Positions 20,062-29,028 of a DNA stretch of 64,000 bases are shown piece after piece (position 1 is the stretch's first letter; every line of letters starts with the position of its first letter). This stretch comes from an uncultured Clostridia bacterium (GTDB lineage Bacteria; Bacillota; Clostridia; Christensenellales; QALW01): the NCBI GenBank assembly GCA_958448705.1, contig CAUDEY010000003.1, positions 76,518 through 140,517 on the forward strand, read 5' to 3'. The notes under the pieces were generated by a model, which had not been told where the DNA came from, ran no database searches, and worked only from the letters and a program-made list of their open reading frames with translations. The position numbers and the translations under genes are program-made.

Positions 20062-21519
20062 TTATGGTTCCAGGCGTTTAGGTACAAATTTTGAGAAACT
20101 TTTCCGCACCGAAACGATCCATTCCAAAAGCAGATTTTCAAGCTCTTCGTCATTTATGCAAAACATAGAGATAAATGCGTCAAATTCTTCTTTCGTAAAA
20201 CAGGCAAAATTCAGTCGATACTTATTTTCCTCTTTTACAATAAGACCTTTTTGAATCAGCCTTGCGGCATCTTCATCGGATAACGAATTTTTGTTTATAG
20301 TACCATCATAGTTTTTGGGGAGGATATCCTTTGCACACAGCCACCGCGTTCCCCCATTATGATAAATTCCATTGTCAAAGTATTTGGAAATCCAATAATA
20401 ATAGATGTACTCCGAATTTTTGCCTTGGTTTGCGCCATCATTGCCCGCCACATTACAACCAACGTTATATTCCGCAGGTATTTCGTTTTCATCGGCGGTT
20501 TCCTCCACGATAAACCAACCGTATCCGCCATCTTTGCGTGGTGGATACGCACCGTTTTCCATTTGTAGACGGTTGCTTTTCAGCGCTCCGATTTTTTCCC
20601 TTAAAACATATGGTATGATAAAATGACCTAAGCGCTCCATGCCAAAATCATGGCCATAGAAGTTCAATCGATTTACTGTATCTGTCTTACTCTGAAACAA
20701 TTGCTCAAATCGATCCGCAATCTTTTTTACCATTTGTTCCGAAACAGTTTCCACCATTTTTCGATCCTGTAACCGAAAGACAATAAAGTTCGCCGCATAC
20801 TTTTTCCCGATTTTACACAAGGCGTCTCCGTATTCCAGCCGTGGAATCTCATCCTCAATATACATAGCGGGGATTCCCGTGCGAACACTGATTTCTTCCA
20901 CGGTTTGCGGTTCTTCATAGGCTGCCTTGCAAATTGCGCGGGCAAGCTGTGTGTGCAAATAGCGGTCGGAATCCATGGAGCCGTTGCAAGCGAGGGTATT
21001 CCAATTGATTCTTTTATAAATATTCTCCATTTGTCTTATTCCTATCCTTTCTCTGACTTTTTGACGCCCTGTGTTCAGACGCCATTTGATTGTCGTTTCC
21101 GGAAGTTCATATTTTTGGGCAAGTGCTCTGACGGACATTTCGCCAATATAATAATCTACAAAAATGTTCCGATACATTTGGGAAAGCGTATGCAGACACC
21201 GAAAAACCGATTCAAAATGATGTTCTGTATTTTCATCGTTAGTGTCTGCGTAGTCATCATATACCGGATTCAAATCGGCGTACTCCTCTGACAAAACCAC
21301 CCTCACTTTATTTTGTTTCTCAATGAATTTTGCATAGCGGTTATGTGCGATTCGCCAGATCCAAGCGTCAAGATTTTCAATTTCGTATTTCCGCATACCA
21401 TCGAGAACATGGCAAAGGATTTCACCGGATAGGTCTTCCGCGTCACAACGATTGTTCAGTCTGTTGCAGCAAAAATGAAATATCGGTTCCACATAAGGGA
21501 TGATTTTGTCCTGATCCAA
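20062..21519 (-). CDS. ECF-type sigma-70 family factor fused to an approximately 310-aa C-terminal domain of unknown function
   Basis: Region 2 (DAEDLSGEILCHVL...AWIWRIAHNRYAKFI) and region 4 (LSQMYRNIFVDYYIGEMSVRALAQKYELPETTIKWRLNTGRQKVRE) are followed by a long soluble extension with no TM helix. TTG 21519 lies 7 nt after AGGAGG. Confidence 0.8.
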   Translation of the reverse strand: MDQDKIIPYVEPIFHFCCNRLNNRCDAEDLSGEILCHVLDGMRKYEIENLDAWIWRIAHNRYAKFIEKQNKVRVVLSEEYADLNPVYDDYADTNDENTEHHFESVFRCLHTLSQMYRNIFVDYYIGEMSVRALAQKYELPETTIKWRLNTGRQKVRERIGIRQMENIYKRINWNTLACNGSMDSDRYLHTQLARAICKAAYEEPQTVEEISVRTGIPAMYIEDEIPRLEYGDALCKIGKKYAANFIVFRLQDRKMVETVSEQMVKKIADRFEQLFQSKTDTVNRLNFYGHDFGMERLGHFIIPYVLREKIGALKSNRLQMENGAYPPRKDGGYGWFIVEETADENEIPAEYNVGCNVAGNDGANQGKNSEYIYYYWISKYFDNGIYHNGGTRWLCAKDILPKNYDGTINKNSLSDEDAARLIQKGLIVKEENKYRLNFACFTKEEFDAFISMFCINDEELENLLLEWIVSVRKSFSKFVPKRLEP

Positions 21520-21642
21520 GTGATTACCTCCTTTCAAAACATATGTAATCATGATTACGCTTATTTAGTGTCTCAGTATCAAATTGGATAGGCATTTTTA
21601 TGAAATATTTTTATAACACGAATTTGTGACTCTTTCGTCACC

Positions 21643-21671
21643 ATTATACAGAAACCGGCGGCAAGGAGCAA
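21643..21671 (-). promoter_or_regulatory. Candidate promoter TTGCTC-17-TATAAT for the sigma gene
   Basis: On the minus strand, -35 is at 21666-21671 and -10 at 21643-21648. A GTGAC-N6-GTCAC palindrome follows directly. Confidence 0.35.
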
Positions 21672-21794
21672 TCCTCACCGCCGGTTTATTTTCAAATTAT
21701 TGCCTTATGTGGTGTTAATCCAACCCGCGTTCCTTTTAGAATATTTTGCTATATTTTCCAAGCATCCGATTCCGCTTTAAAAAAGCGGAATTTT

Positions 21795-22565
21795 TTATCC
21801 GTTCTTTTTATCGATAATCACATGTCGATTGGGTTCTTCCCCTTCACTATAAGTCGTAACCAGCTTATCATTCTGCAAGGCAGAATGAATGATTCTTCTT
21901 TCAAACGGACTCATCGGCTCTAAAACCACTTTACGTCCGGTACGCGCTACCTGTCCGGCCATCTTTCTGGCCAATTTTATCAAGGTAAGCTCCCTTTTCT
22001 TCCGGTAGTTCTCTGTATCTATCGTCACCCGATGATAATCTTCCTTTCCTTTATTATATACCAAAGAAGAAAGATATTGTATAGCATCCAGGGTTTCCCC
22101 GCGGCGGCCGATCAGCACGCCCATGTCCGGCCCTTCTAAATTCACCAACAATCCGTTTTCAGTCTCGGCGGCTTTTATGGTTCCTTCTACCTGCATCAGC
22201 TGCATCAATCCGCTCAAAAAAGAAGTAACTTCATTTTCTACAAATTCCGTCCCCTCTGGAAAATACGGTTCCTTCAGCATCTGCTGACCTTCTTCACGGT
22301 ATTCTCTGCGCGGACGTTCCTTGCGCTCCCTACGAGGCGCACGTTCTTTGGGCTTGTCCTTATTCAATACAAAATCAGGAATTACAGCTTCGCTTCTCTC
22401 CGTAAGCCTTACCTTAGCGGGCTTGCTGCCGATACCGATAAAGCCTTTTTTGCCGTAATCCAATACTTCCATTTCAATTTCATCAATGGAAAGCTTCAAC
22501 TGCTCCAAGCCCATATATAAAGCCTGATCGACAGTTTCAGCTTCTATCTCAATAACCCTGGCCAT
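21795..22565 (-). CDS. jag: Jag/KhpB RNA-binding protein (Jag_N, KH, R3H)
   Basis: 256 aa. C-terminal R3H region (PMSPFERRIIHSAL). Its start shares a nucleotide with the yidC stop (TAATG). Confidence 0.9.
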   Translation of the reverse strand: MARVIEIEAETVDQALYMGLEQLKLSIDEIEMEVLDYGKKGFIGIGSKPAKVRLTERSEAVIPDFVLNKDKPKERAPRRERKERPRREYREEGQQMLKEPYFPEGTEFVENEVTSFLSGLMQLMQVEGTIKAAETENGLLVNLEGPDMGVLIGRRGETLDAIQYLSSLVYNKGKEDYHRVTIDTENYRKKRELTLIKLARKMAGQVARTGRKVVLEPMSPFERRIIHSALQNDKLVTTYSEGEEPNRHVIIDKKNG

Positions 22566-23578
22566 TATTTATTTTCTCCTTCAGCTTGTAATGCTTCCTT
22601 CTTCCTGTCTCTGGCATCAAGCACTTTATTGATCACAAAATTCAAAAGGATCATGCAAAGACTTGAAGTAATCCAGTAAATAGCCAGTGCGCTGGAAGAT
22701 ATCAGGCAGAAATACACAAACATCAGCGGAAAAATGATTTTCATAATCTTTCCGCTCTTTGCGGCTTGCTCTGCCTGCTCCCCTGTCCCCATAGGCTGCT
22801 GCGTGGTCATATTAAAACTCAGCACCTGCACAACGCCGGCAAGAATCGGGAAAATATAAAATCCGTTACCGCCGATCCACGCGGCAGAAGTCGCATACGT
22901 ATCGGCAACATACATCCGTGCTGCTTCCAACCCCGTGCTGACCTGCTGGGCAAACGAAGCAAGATCAAGTCCACTGGGATTATAGGCATCCAACAACCCG
23001 CCGTTAAAAGCTGACTGCAGCACGCCGGCAATATGATCTGCCTGAGGCAGAATATAGCCATTGATATCCTTAATAATCCAAAGCTGCCGAAGTCCCCATC
23101 CCTGATCAAAGTTAAAGAATACATCCGGCTGCCAAATATTTTTGATCCACAAGAAACTATTCGTATCAAACCACTGCTCAATCTGCTGCGGATCCGTCAG
23201 CATAGAAAGCTCCGTCAGTCTTTCTGCCGCTAAATTCCGGAACACGGCAAAAAAAGCGATCAGAATCGGATACGTAATCAGCATCATACCGCAGCCCTTG
23301 GGCATCAAGCCGATTCCCTCTTGTTTACGAATCTCCATCATACGGGCCTGCGCTTTTTCAGGATTGTTTTTATATGCCTTATTGATCCTATCGATCTCCG
23401 GCTGAATCTTTCGCATTTTGGCTGCATATTCCCGCTGCCCGATACGGCTGCGAATATCAAACGGAGATAGCGCCAGACGGAACAAGATCGTAAACAGAAT
23501 GATCGACAAACCGTAGTTGTTTGTAAGGCCGTTGATCCCGTCGAAAATCCAGCCAAAAAATTGGGTTATATAACTCAC
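22565..23578 (-). CDS. yidC: Membrane protein insertase YidC
   Basis: 337 aa, polytopic, positioned between yidD and jag. GTG start overlaps the yidD stop. Confidence 0.9.
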   Translation of the reverse strand: MSYITQFFGWIFDGINGLTNNYGLSIILFTILFRLALSPFDIRSRIGQREYAAKMRKIQPEIDRINKAYKNNPEKAQARMMEIRKQEGIGLMPKGCGMMLITYPILIAFFAVFRNLAAERLTELSMLTDPQQIEQWFDTNSFLWIKNIWQPDVFFNFDQGWGLRQLWIIKDINGYILPQADHIAGVLQSAFNGGLLDAYNPSGLDLASFAQQVSTGLEAARMYVADTYATSAAWIGGNGFYIFPILAGVVQVLSFNMTTQQPMGTGEQAEQAAKSGKIMKIIFPLMFVYFCLISSSALAIYWITSSLCMILLNFVINKVLDARDRKKEALQAEGENK

Positions 23579-23823
23579 TTAGAATTCTCCTGTCCTCTCT
23601 TCTGCGGTACGGGATCATACCCGCCTTTACACAGTGGATTGCAGCGCAGAACGCGCCACAGGGATAGGGCTACGCCCTTAATAACGCCGAAACGCTCAAT
23701 CGCCAGCATGGCATATTCCGAGCACGTAGGAACAAACCGGCATGCCGGAGGCAAATGCGGGGAAATATACCTTTTATACATCTTTATAAGCCATAATAAA
23801 AAAACCTTGACGGGATTCTTCAT
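23575..23823 (-). CDS. yidD: Membrane protein insertion efficiency factor YidD
   Basis: [23 protein letters not shown] is the family signature. ATG 23823 forms an ATGA overlap with the rnpA stop, so the longer ORF-track start is rejected. Confidence 0.9.
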   Translation of the reverse strand: MKNPVKVFLLWLIKMYKRYISPHLPPACRFVPTCSEYAMLAIERFGVIKGVALSLWRVLRCNPLCKGGYDPVPQKRGQENSK

Positions 23824-24152
23824 AGCAGCATCCCCGCCTGCGCAAGCAGCGCGCGCATTTGCTGCTGTGCAACCTGTGAATTCTTCCCTACAAGGGCTTT
23901 TCTTGCAATAAAAAGATATGCTGTTTGCTGACGGCACTGCGGCATAAGCGGTGCAAACCCCGCGCGCATAATCCGCTTTGTACGGTTGCGCACAACGGCG
24001 TTTCCCAGCTTGCTGCTTACGGAAAAACCTACTTTGGTGCCTGTCCTGTTTTTAGCACAAATCAGCACCATATACGCAGAAGCCACAGATTTTCCTCTTG
24101 AAACCACATATCGAAACTCTTTATTTTTTTTGAGCATATACTGTTTTTTCAA
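23820..24152 (-). CDS. rnpA: Ribonuclease P protein component
   Basis: 110 aa, basic, containing the [13 protein letters not shown] motif, directly downstream of rpmH. Confidence 0.9.
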   Translation of the reverse strand: MKKQYMLKKNKEFRYVVSRGKSVASAYMVLICAKNRTGTKVGFSVSSKLGNAVVRNRTKRIMRAGFAPLMPQCRQQTAYLFIARKALVGKNSQVAQQQMRALLAQAGMLL

Positions 24153-24166
24153 GAGGCACCTCCTAT

Positions 24167-24301
24167 TTATGCGCTAAGCGCCTTTCTTCCGCGGCGGCGG
24201 CGTCTCTGCAGCACATTGCGGCCGTTTTTGGTTTGCATTCTCTTGCGGAAGCCATGAACCTTTTTTCTTTTCCGTTTATTGGGTTGATACGTACGTAACA
24301 T
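24167..24301 (-). CDS. rpmH: 50S ribosomal protein L34
   Basis: Manual translation gives [44 protein letters not shown] (44 aa). The ORF-track entry 24163-24522 is in a different frame and is spurious. Confidence 0.97.
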   Translation of the reverse strand: MLRTYQPNKRKRKKVHGFRKRMQTKNGRNVLQRRRRRGRKALSA

Positions 24302-24522
24302 GTTTTCTTTCCTTTCCTTCCATCGCCTTTATCAAAGCGTAAATTACATATTATATGCATTGTAGCGTATTTATTATAGTGGAAAGCATAAAATGTGTCA
24401 AACAAAAATTTACAGGGAGAATCCTCGTTTTTATTCAAGAGCTGTGCCGAAGAATTTTTTCGATTACAGAGCAAAAATCTTCTTTCCGGCTTTTCTGTAC
24501 TCATAAATTGATGCCTTTTCAC

Positions 24523-24613
24523 TTATCCACAACATCTTGTATATGTGCAAAAGTTATCCACAATTTTTGAAATTTTTATTTTCAAATATGTTTTTTTTTG
24601 TTGATTATCCGCA
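24523..24613. other. oriC-like DnaA-box cluster with an AT-rich tract
   Basis: TTATCCACA at 24523-24531 and at 24554-24562, and TTATCCGCA at 24605-24613, all in the same orientation. A tract of almost pure A/T at 24563-24604 lies between boxes 2 and 3. Confidence 0.7.
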
Positions 24614-24687
24614 AAATTTATGGTATTATTTTTGCACTTGGTATTTTACCTGTCGGAAAAATAACGGATGAAAGGGGTAGCCTCCGA

Positions 24688-26028
24688 ATGGATGCAAATG
24701 ATATTTTTAAACAGATCTGTTCCATCATTGAACAGTCGCCTCAGGATATCAGCCCCATTTCTTATAAAACTTGGATCTGCACACTCAAACCGCTGGTTTT
24801 TAAAGATAACTGTCTGTATCTGATCGCTCCCACGGACATGCACCGCCGCCACGTAATGACGGCTACCGCCGCGCTGCACACGTATCTGATTACCGCACTG
24901 AACATCGTAGTCAATAGTCCCGGTGCTGATGTCGTTCTTGTTTTAGAAAGCGAAGCCGCCGCGATCATGGATACTACGATTCCCGCGCCGGCCGCGATTT
25001 CCCGGCCGATGCTCAACGAAAAATACACCTTTGAAAATTTCGTAATCGGTTCCGGAAACCAATTTGCCCATGCTGCGGCTTTAAGCGTGGCCGAAGCACC
25101 GGCCACCATCAATAACCCGCTGTTTATTTACGGCGGAGTTGGCCTGGGAAAAACCCATTTGATGCATGCTATCGGCAACTTTATTTTGGAGCACAGCCCC
25201 CAAATGAAGGTCCTTTACATTACTTGTGAAAAATATACCAATGAATTTATCGAAGCACTGGCAAAACATCAAATCACCTCTTTCCGTGAACGCTACCGTC
25301 AGAACGTGGATATCCTCATGATCGATGATGTACAGTTTCTTTCCGATAAGGATCGTACGCAGGAAGAAATCTTTCATAATATTAACGATCTCTTTACCGC
25401 GAACAAGCAGATCATCCTCTCCAGTGACCGTCACCCCAAAAATATCGCTACCCTGACAGATCGGCTGCGTTCGCGCTTTGAGGGCGGGCTTTTGGTGGAT
25501 ATCATCCCCCCCGATTTAGAGACCCGTACCGCCATTCTGCGTAAAAAAGCAGAAGCCGAGCATATCGTTCTGCCGGATAACATTCTGTTTTTAATTGCCG
25601 AAAAGGCAAGCGACAATGTCCGCGAGCTGGAGGGTGCCTTAAAAAGAGTTCTGGCCTTTGCAGCCATTACCGGTCAGAATATCACGCTAGACCTTACTAC
25701 CGAAGCACTAAAGGATTATCATACTGAAACCCAAAAGCATTGTACACCAGATATGATTATTGAAGCCGTTTCCAAATACTTCAGCCTTGAACCGGAGGAT
25801 ATCATCGGCCCTCGGCGCGACCGGCAGATTGTTCAGCCCAGACATATTGCGTTTTATTTGTGCCGTGAGCTGACGGATCTCTCCACCTCCCGCATCGGAG
25901 ACGAATTCGGCGGCAGAGATCATGCTACCATCATTAACGGCATCGGTAAAATCCGTGCTGCCGTAAAGGTAGATGATACGATAAAAAATTATGTTGAAGA
26001 TATTACCATGCGCCTGAGAGGGGAATGA
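24688..26028 (+). CDS. dnaA: Chromosomal replication initiator protein DnaA
   Basis: Walker A GGVGLGKTHL, LLVDIIPPDLETR, and the C-terminal DnaA-box-binding domain (RQIVQPRHIAFYLCRELT..S...IG..FGGRDHATI). Start set at MDANDIF; the 30 upstream codons of the ORF contain DnaA box 3. Confidence 0.97.
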   Translation: MDANDIFKQICSIIEQSPQDISPISYKTWICTLKPLVFKDNCLYLIAPTDMHRRHVMTATAALHTYLITALNIVVNSPGADVVLVLESEAAAIMDTTIPAPAAISRPMLNEKYTFENFVIGSGNQFAHAAALSVAEAPATINNPLFIYGGVGLGKTHLMHAIGNFILEHSPQMKVLYITCEKYTNEFIEALAKHQITSFRERYRQNVDILMIDDVQFLSDKDRTQEEIFHNINDLFTANKQIILSSDRHPKNIATLTDRLRSRFEGGLLVDIIPPDLETRTAILRKKAEAEHIVLPDNILFLIAEKASDNVRELEGALKRVLAFAAITGQNITLDLTTEALKDYHTETQKHCTPDMIIEAVSKYFSLEPEDIIGPRRDRQIVQPRHIAFYLCRELTDLSTSRIGDEFGGRDHATIINGIGKIRAAVKVDDTIKNYVEDITMRLRGE

Positions 26029-26030
26029 GA

Positions 26031-28160
26031 ATGATTTTTAACGGAACGTTTGCAGGAAACCTTATAGGTTTCCTTTATTTTGCCTTTTTTCTATTCGGCG
26101 GTATTTTGCTTTCCTCCCGCCTGCTGGCTTCTCAGCGGGCTGCCGTACGGCTGTGGCTGGGTATTGTATTCGGCATTGTCCTTCTCATGTGGCTGCCGGC
26201 TGCACTCTCTATGCTGCTGGGTTTTTCCGTCCTTTCCCACCTTTTGGCCGCGCTGCTGCTGGCCGCAGGCTGCACCGTCTGCTTACTATGTACCAAAAAG
26301 CTTCCTCGGGGGGACCATTTCCGCTTTGATAAAGAAACCCTCGTGATGCTGACTCTTAGCCTTCCGCTTCTCCTCTTTTTTACCGTAGTACTCAGCGATC
26401 ACATTTTAAAGGAAAGTCCTTCCGGCGGCTATATTTTTGGTCAAAGCACCTATTTTGACGCGAATATTCATCTCAGTTTTATCACTACCCCTGTAACCCA
26501 GGGAACCATTCCCTTTGCCTACAACATTCTGCCCAGTGCGCAGGTCTCCTATCCTTTTTTAAGCGATACGATCTCCGCTTCTGTTTATATTTGGGGCTCT
26601 TCCTTGCGCTTTGCCTATGTTCTGCCGATGGTATTCGGCGCACTGGCTGTATTCTGCGGTGCGTTTCTATTCTTTTCCACGTGGCTGAAGTCCATAAAAA
26701 AAGCGGCTTTGGCCTGGACGCTGTTTTTCTTTAACGGCGGCTTTGGCTTTGCTTATTTTCTGGATGGACTTCGTATCGACAGTACCAATTTTACCCGCAT
26801 TTTCACCGCACTGTACGAAACGCCTACAAATTTAAACGACCGTATGATCCGGTGGGTAAATACCGTATGCGATATGATGATTCCCCAGCGAGCCTCGCTC
26901 TTTGGCTGGATGATGCTGTTTTCCTGCCTGTACCTGCTCTACCGCGCTGTATTTTTAAAAGAAAAACGTCTGTTCCTCTATGCAGGAATTTTAGCAGGAC
27001 TGACGCCAATGATCAGCACGCATATTTTCTTAAGCCTGGGAGTGATCTGCGCGGTATGGATGATGTCACGCTTGGTAGCTATGGCAAATATTCGCCCCCG
27101 TACAATAGGAAAAATCACCGCCGGCCTTTTGCTCGCGATCCTTGCCGCATTCTTCTTTACCGGCCTGAAGACAGGAACTTCCCTCAAAACATTTGGGTAT
27201 GATTCCGCCGGGTTTTCTGCCCTGCTGCTCGGCGGTACAGCCCTGCTGCTGCTATGGGCATGGCTGCTGATCTCAGCGCTCCATCGCGGCTATTTCAAAG
27301 AAATTCTATGCACCTGGGGGCTGTTTTTAGGCATCGTACTCTTGTTGGCTCTGCCCCAGCTGTTCGGTTTTACATTCCGTCAAAGCTCCGGCAGCGGCTT
27401 TATGCAGGCACACTTCAATTGGATCAATTACCGGGATACCTACCTGTGGTTCTATATCAAAAATGTAGGCATCGTAGCCCTGCTGCTGATCCCGGCACTT
27501 CTTGCCGGCAGCAACCGTTTAAGAAGCGTTGCCGCGCCGATTGCTGTGCTGATGCTTTTGGCCGATACCTTCGCCTTTCAGCCCAATGTTTACGATAACA
27601 ACAAGCTGCTTTACCCTGCCTATGCGCTGGCCTGCGGTGCTGTTGCCGAATATATGGGGCTTCTCTACCAAAAATTAAAAGATATCCGCGGCATCAAATT
27701 TGTAGCCGCCGGTGTCATAACGCTCTGTATGCTTTCCGCGGTACTCTCCATGGGCCGTGAAGCCGTATCCGGTGTGTATGAGATTTACTCTGCCCCGCAA
27801 GTACAGGCCGCCGCATGGATTCAGGAAAACACGGAAAAAGACGCTATGCTGCTGACCAACGACCGTTACAATAACGCCCTTTCAAGTCTGACCGGGCGCA
27901 ACATTGTCTGCGGTTCCAATTCTTTCCTTTCCACCCACGGTCATGGGGAAGAATACACCGCACGCCAAAAAGACGTGTCTGCCATTTACGCCTCCCCCGA
28001 ACAAAACCGAGAACTTTTAGAAAAATATAACGTAACGCACATTGTAGTCGGTCCGGATGAATATGCTTCTTACAATATAAATGAAGAGGGAATTGCCGCA
28101 ATAGCAGATTTAGTATACGAAAAAGACGGCGTAAAGATCTATAAAATACATGAACCGTAA
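26031..28160 (+). CDS. Large polytopic membrane protein, GT-C-like glycosyltransferase candidate
   Basis: About 14 predicted TM helices plus a C-terminal soluble domain of about 130 aa (…NVTHIVVGPDEYASY…VYEKDGVKIYKI). ATG 26031 lies 2 nt after the dnaA stop, and its RBS GAGAGGGG sits inside dnaA. The family call is tentative. Confidence 0.4.
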   Translation: MIFNGTFAGNLIGFLYFAFFLFGGILLSSRLLASQRAAVRLWLGIVFGIVLLMWLPAALSMLLGFSVLSHLLAALLLAAGCTVCLLCTKKLPRGDHFRFDKETLVMLTLSLPLLLFFTVVLSDHILKESPSGGYIFGQSTYFDANIHLSFITTPVTQGTIPFAYNILPSAQVSYPFLSDTISASVYIWGSSLRFAYVLPMVFGALAVFCGAFLFFSTWLKSIKKAALAWTLFFFNGGFGFAYFLDGLRIDSTNFTRIFTALYETPTNLNDRMIRWVNTVCDMMIPQRASLFGWMMLFSCLYLLYRAVFLKEKRLFLYAGILAGLTPMISTHIFLSLGVICAVWMMSRLVAMANIRPRTIGKITAGLLLAILAAFFFTGLKTGTSLKTFGYDSAGFSALLLGGTALLLLWAWLLISALHRGYFKEILCTWGLFLGIVLLLALPQLFGFTFRQSSGSGFMQAHFNWINYRDTYLWFYIKNVGIVALLLIPALLAGSNRLRSVAAPIAVLMLLADTFAFQPNVYDNNKLLYPAYALACGAVAEYMGLLYQKLKDIRGIKFVAAGVITLCMLSAVLSMGREAVSGVYEIYSAPQVQAAAWIQENTEKDAMLLTNDRYNNALSSLTGRNIVCGSNSFLSTHGHGEEYTARQKDVSAIYASPEQNRELLEKYNVTHIVVGPDEYASYNINEEGIAAIADLVYEKDGVKIYKIHEP

Positions 28161-28178
28161 AAATGCCAGCGGCAGCGC

Positions 28179-28208
28179 AAGCAGTCTGTAACCAGACTGC
28201 TTTTTTTT
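28179..28208 (+). terminator. Intrinsic terminator
   Basis: 10-bp stem AAGCAGTCTG / CAGACTGCTT with a 4-nt loop, followed by T8. Confidence 0.85.
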
Positions 28209-28260
28209 ATGGCTAAATAGAAAGCCTCTTTCCAAAATCAAGTTTAACGGCAAAAAGAAT

Positions 28261-28289
28261 TTGCAATAATTGAAATATGGAGATATAAT
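28261..28289 (+). promoter_or_regulatory. Promoter TTGCAA-17-TATAAT
   Basis: -35 at 28261-28266 and -10 at 28284-28289. Confidence 0.6.
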
Positions 28290-28293
28290 AATA

Positions 28294-28329
28294 TCAGCTT
28301 TCGTTAAGCTTCAAAGCTGACTCTTTTTT
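28294..28329 (+). promoter_or_regulatory. Terminator-like hairpin plus T-run in the leader of the S-component/coaX operon (possible attenuator)
   Basis: TCAGCTTT (28294-28301) pairs with AAAGCTGA (28313-20), followed by CTCTTTTTT. It begins about 5 nt after the -10 box. An alternative pairing is possible between AGCTTC (28308-13) and GAAGCT (28332-37). Confidence 0.4.
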
Positions 28330-28413
28330 GAGAAGCTATTGAAAATGCTGATAGGAGAGCAAATATAAAATTCATATGGCATCCGCCTTTGCGGAGCCGG
28401 AATGGAGGAAAAA

Positions 28414-29028
28414 ATGAACAAAACAAAGAAACTGGTACTGGCTGCGGTAATTACCGCGATCATTCTTCTCTTAGGCTTTACGCCGCTGGGGTATATTAAA
28501 ATTGCCACCATCGAAGTAACAATCTTAATGATCCCCGTAGTAATCGGAGCAATGCTGTTAGGTCCCGCCTACGGTGCTTTCTTCGGTTTTGTATTTGGGG
28601 CAACAAGCTTTCTGCAATGTTTTGGATTCAGTCTCTTCGGTGCTACAATGTTAAGCGTAAATCCTTTTTTCACCTTTATATGCACTATCGTTCCCCGGGT
28701 TTTAATGGGCTGGCTTTCAGGACTGATCTTTCAGGCGCTTTCCCGTGTGGATAAAACAAAAATCGTTTCTTTTATTGTTACATCCATCTCCGGAGCGCTG
28801 CTCAATACGATATTTTTTACCGCATGCTTCCTGCTGTTTTTCCGCAACGCCAATCTTGAGGGAATGAGCTTGGATCTATCTGCTTTTTCTATTACAGATA
28901 TTATCCTCATGCTGGTCACCTTTAACGCCATTCTTGAAATCATTATCTGCGGCGTGATCGGTACAGCGCTCAGTAAGGTGCTTGCAATCTATCTTCCCAA
29001 ACTCGGCAAAAGAAAGGAAACCACATGA
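28414..29028 (+). CDS. ECF transporter S component (pantothenate-specific PanT suspected from context)
   Basis: About 6 TM helices and about 200 aa, typical S-component size. ATGA overlap with coaX. ATG 28414 lies 5 nt after GGAGG. Confidence 0.55.
   Translation: MNKTKKLVLAAVITAIILLLGFTPLGYIKIATIEVTILMIPVVIGAMLLGPAYGAFFGFVFGATSFLQCFGFSLFGATMLSVNPFFTFICTIVPRVLMGWLSGLIFQALSRVDKTKIVSFIVTSISGALLNTIFFTACFLLFFRNANLEGMSLDLSAFSITDIILMLVTFNAILEIIICGVIGTALSKVLAIYLPKLGKRKETT

Noticed and set aside
19912-20064. A 49-codon stretch that stays open in-frame immediately after the TAA stop of the sigma-factor gene (…KRLEP*INQWVSLYLFQIVGYVTDELIRRGVLEKPSPDRPFTDGVFYVSGKYINP*). It could indicate read-through or a recent nonsense mutation.
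   Set aside because: An open stretch of this length has roughly a 10% chance of occurring by accident. It has no start codon or RBS of its own and I recognise no motif. It is worth only a quick comparison with orthologue lengths.
24163-24522. A 119-aa ORF on the minus strand covering the rpmH region.
   Set aside because: It is in a different frame from the real L34 gene. Manual translation gives a perfect 44-aa L34 at 24167-24301, and the long ORF runs through the oriC/promoter region.
24598-24687. N-terminal extensions offered by the ORF track for dnaA (24598). Similar extensions exist for nrdD (16798), yidD (23937), dut (14066), the S-component (28402), the DUF5711-like gene (54044) and yacL (57680).
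   Set aside because: The downstream in-frame starts have properly spaced GGAGG-type RBSs and give family-typical N-termini. The dnaA extension contains a DnaA box and part of the AT-rich tract.
28376-28417. A 13-codon upstream ORF (MASAFAEPEWRKK) whose TGA overlaps the ATG at 28414, considered as a possible leader peptide.
   Set aside because: The nearest Shine-Dalgarno-like sequence is 16 nt away, and the peptide has no run of regulatory codons. It is probably fortuitous.
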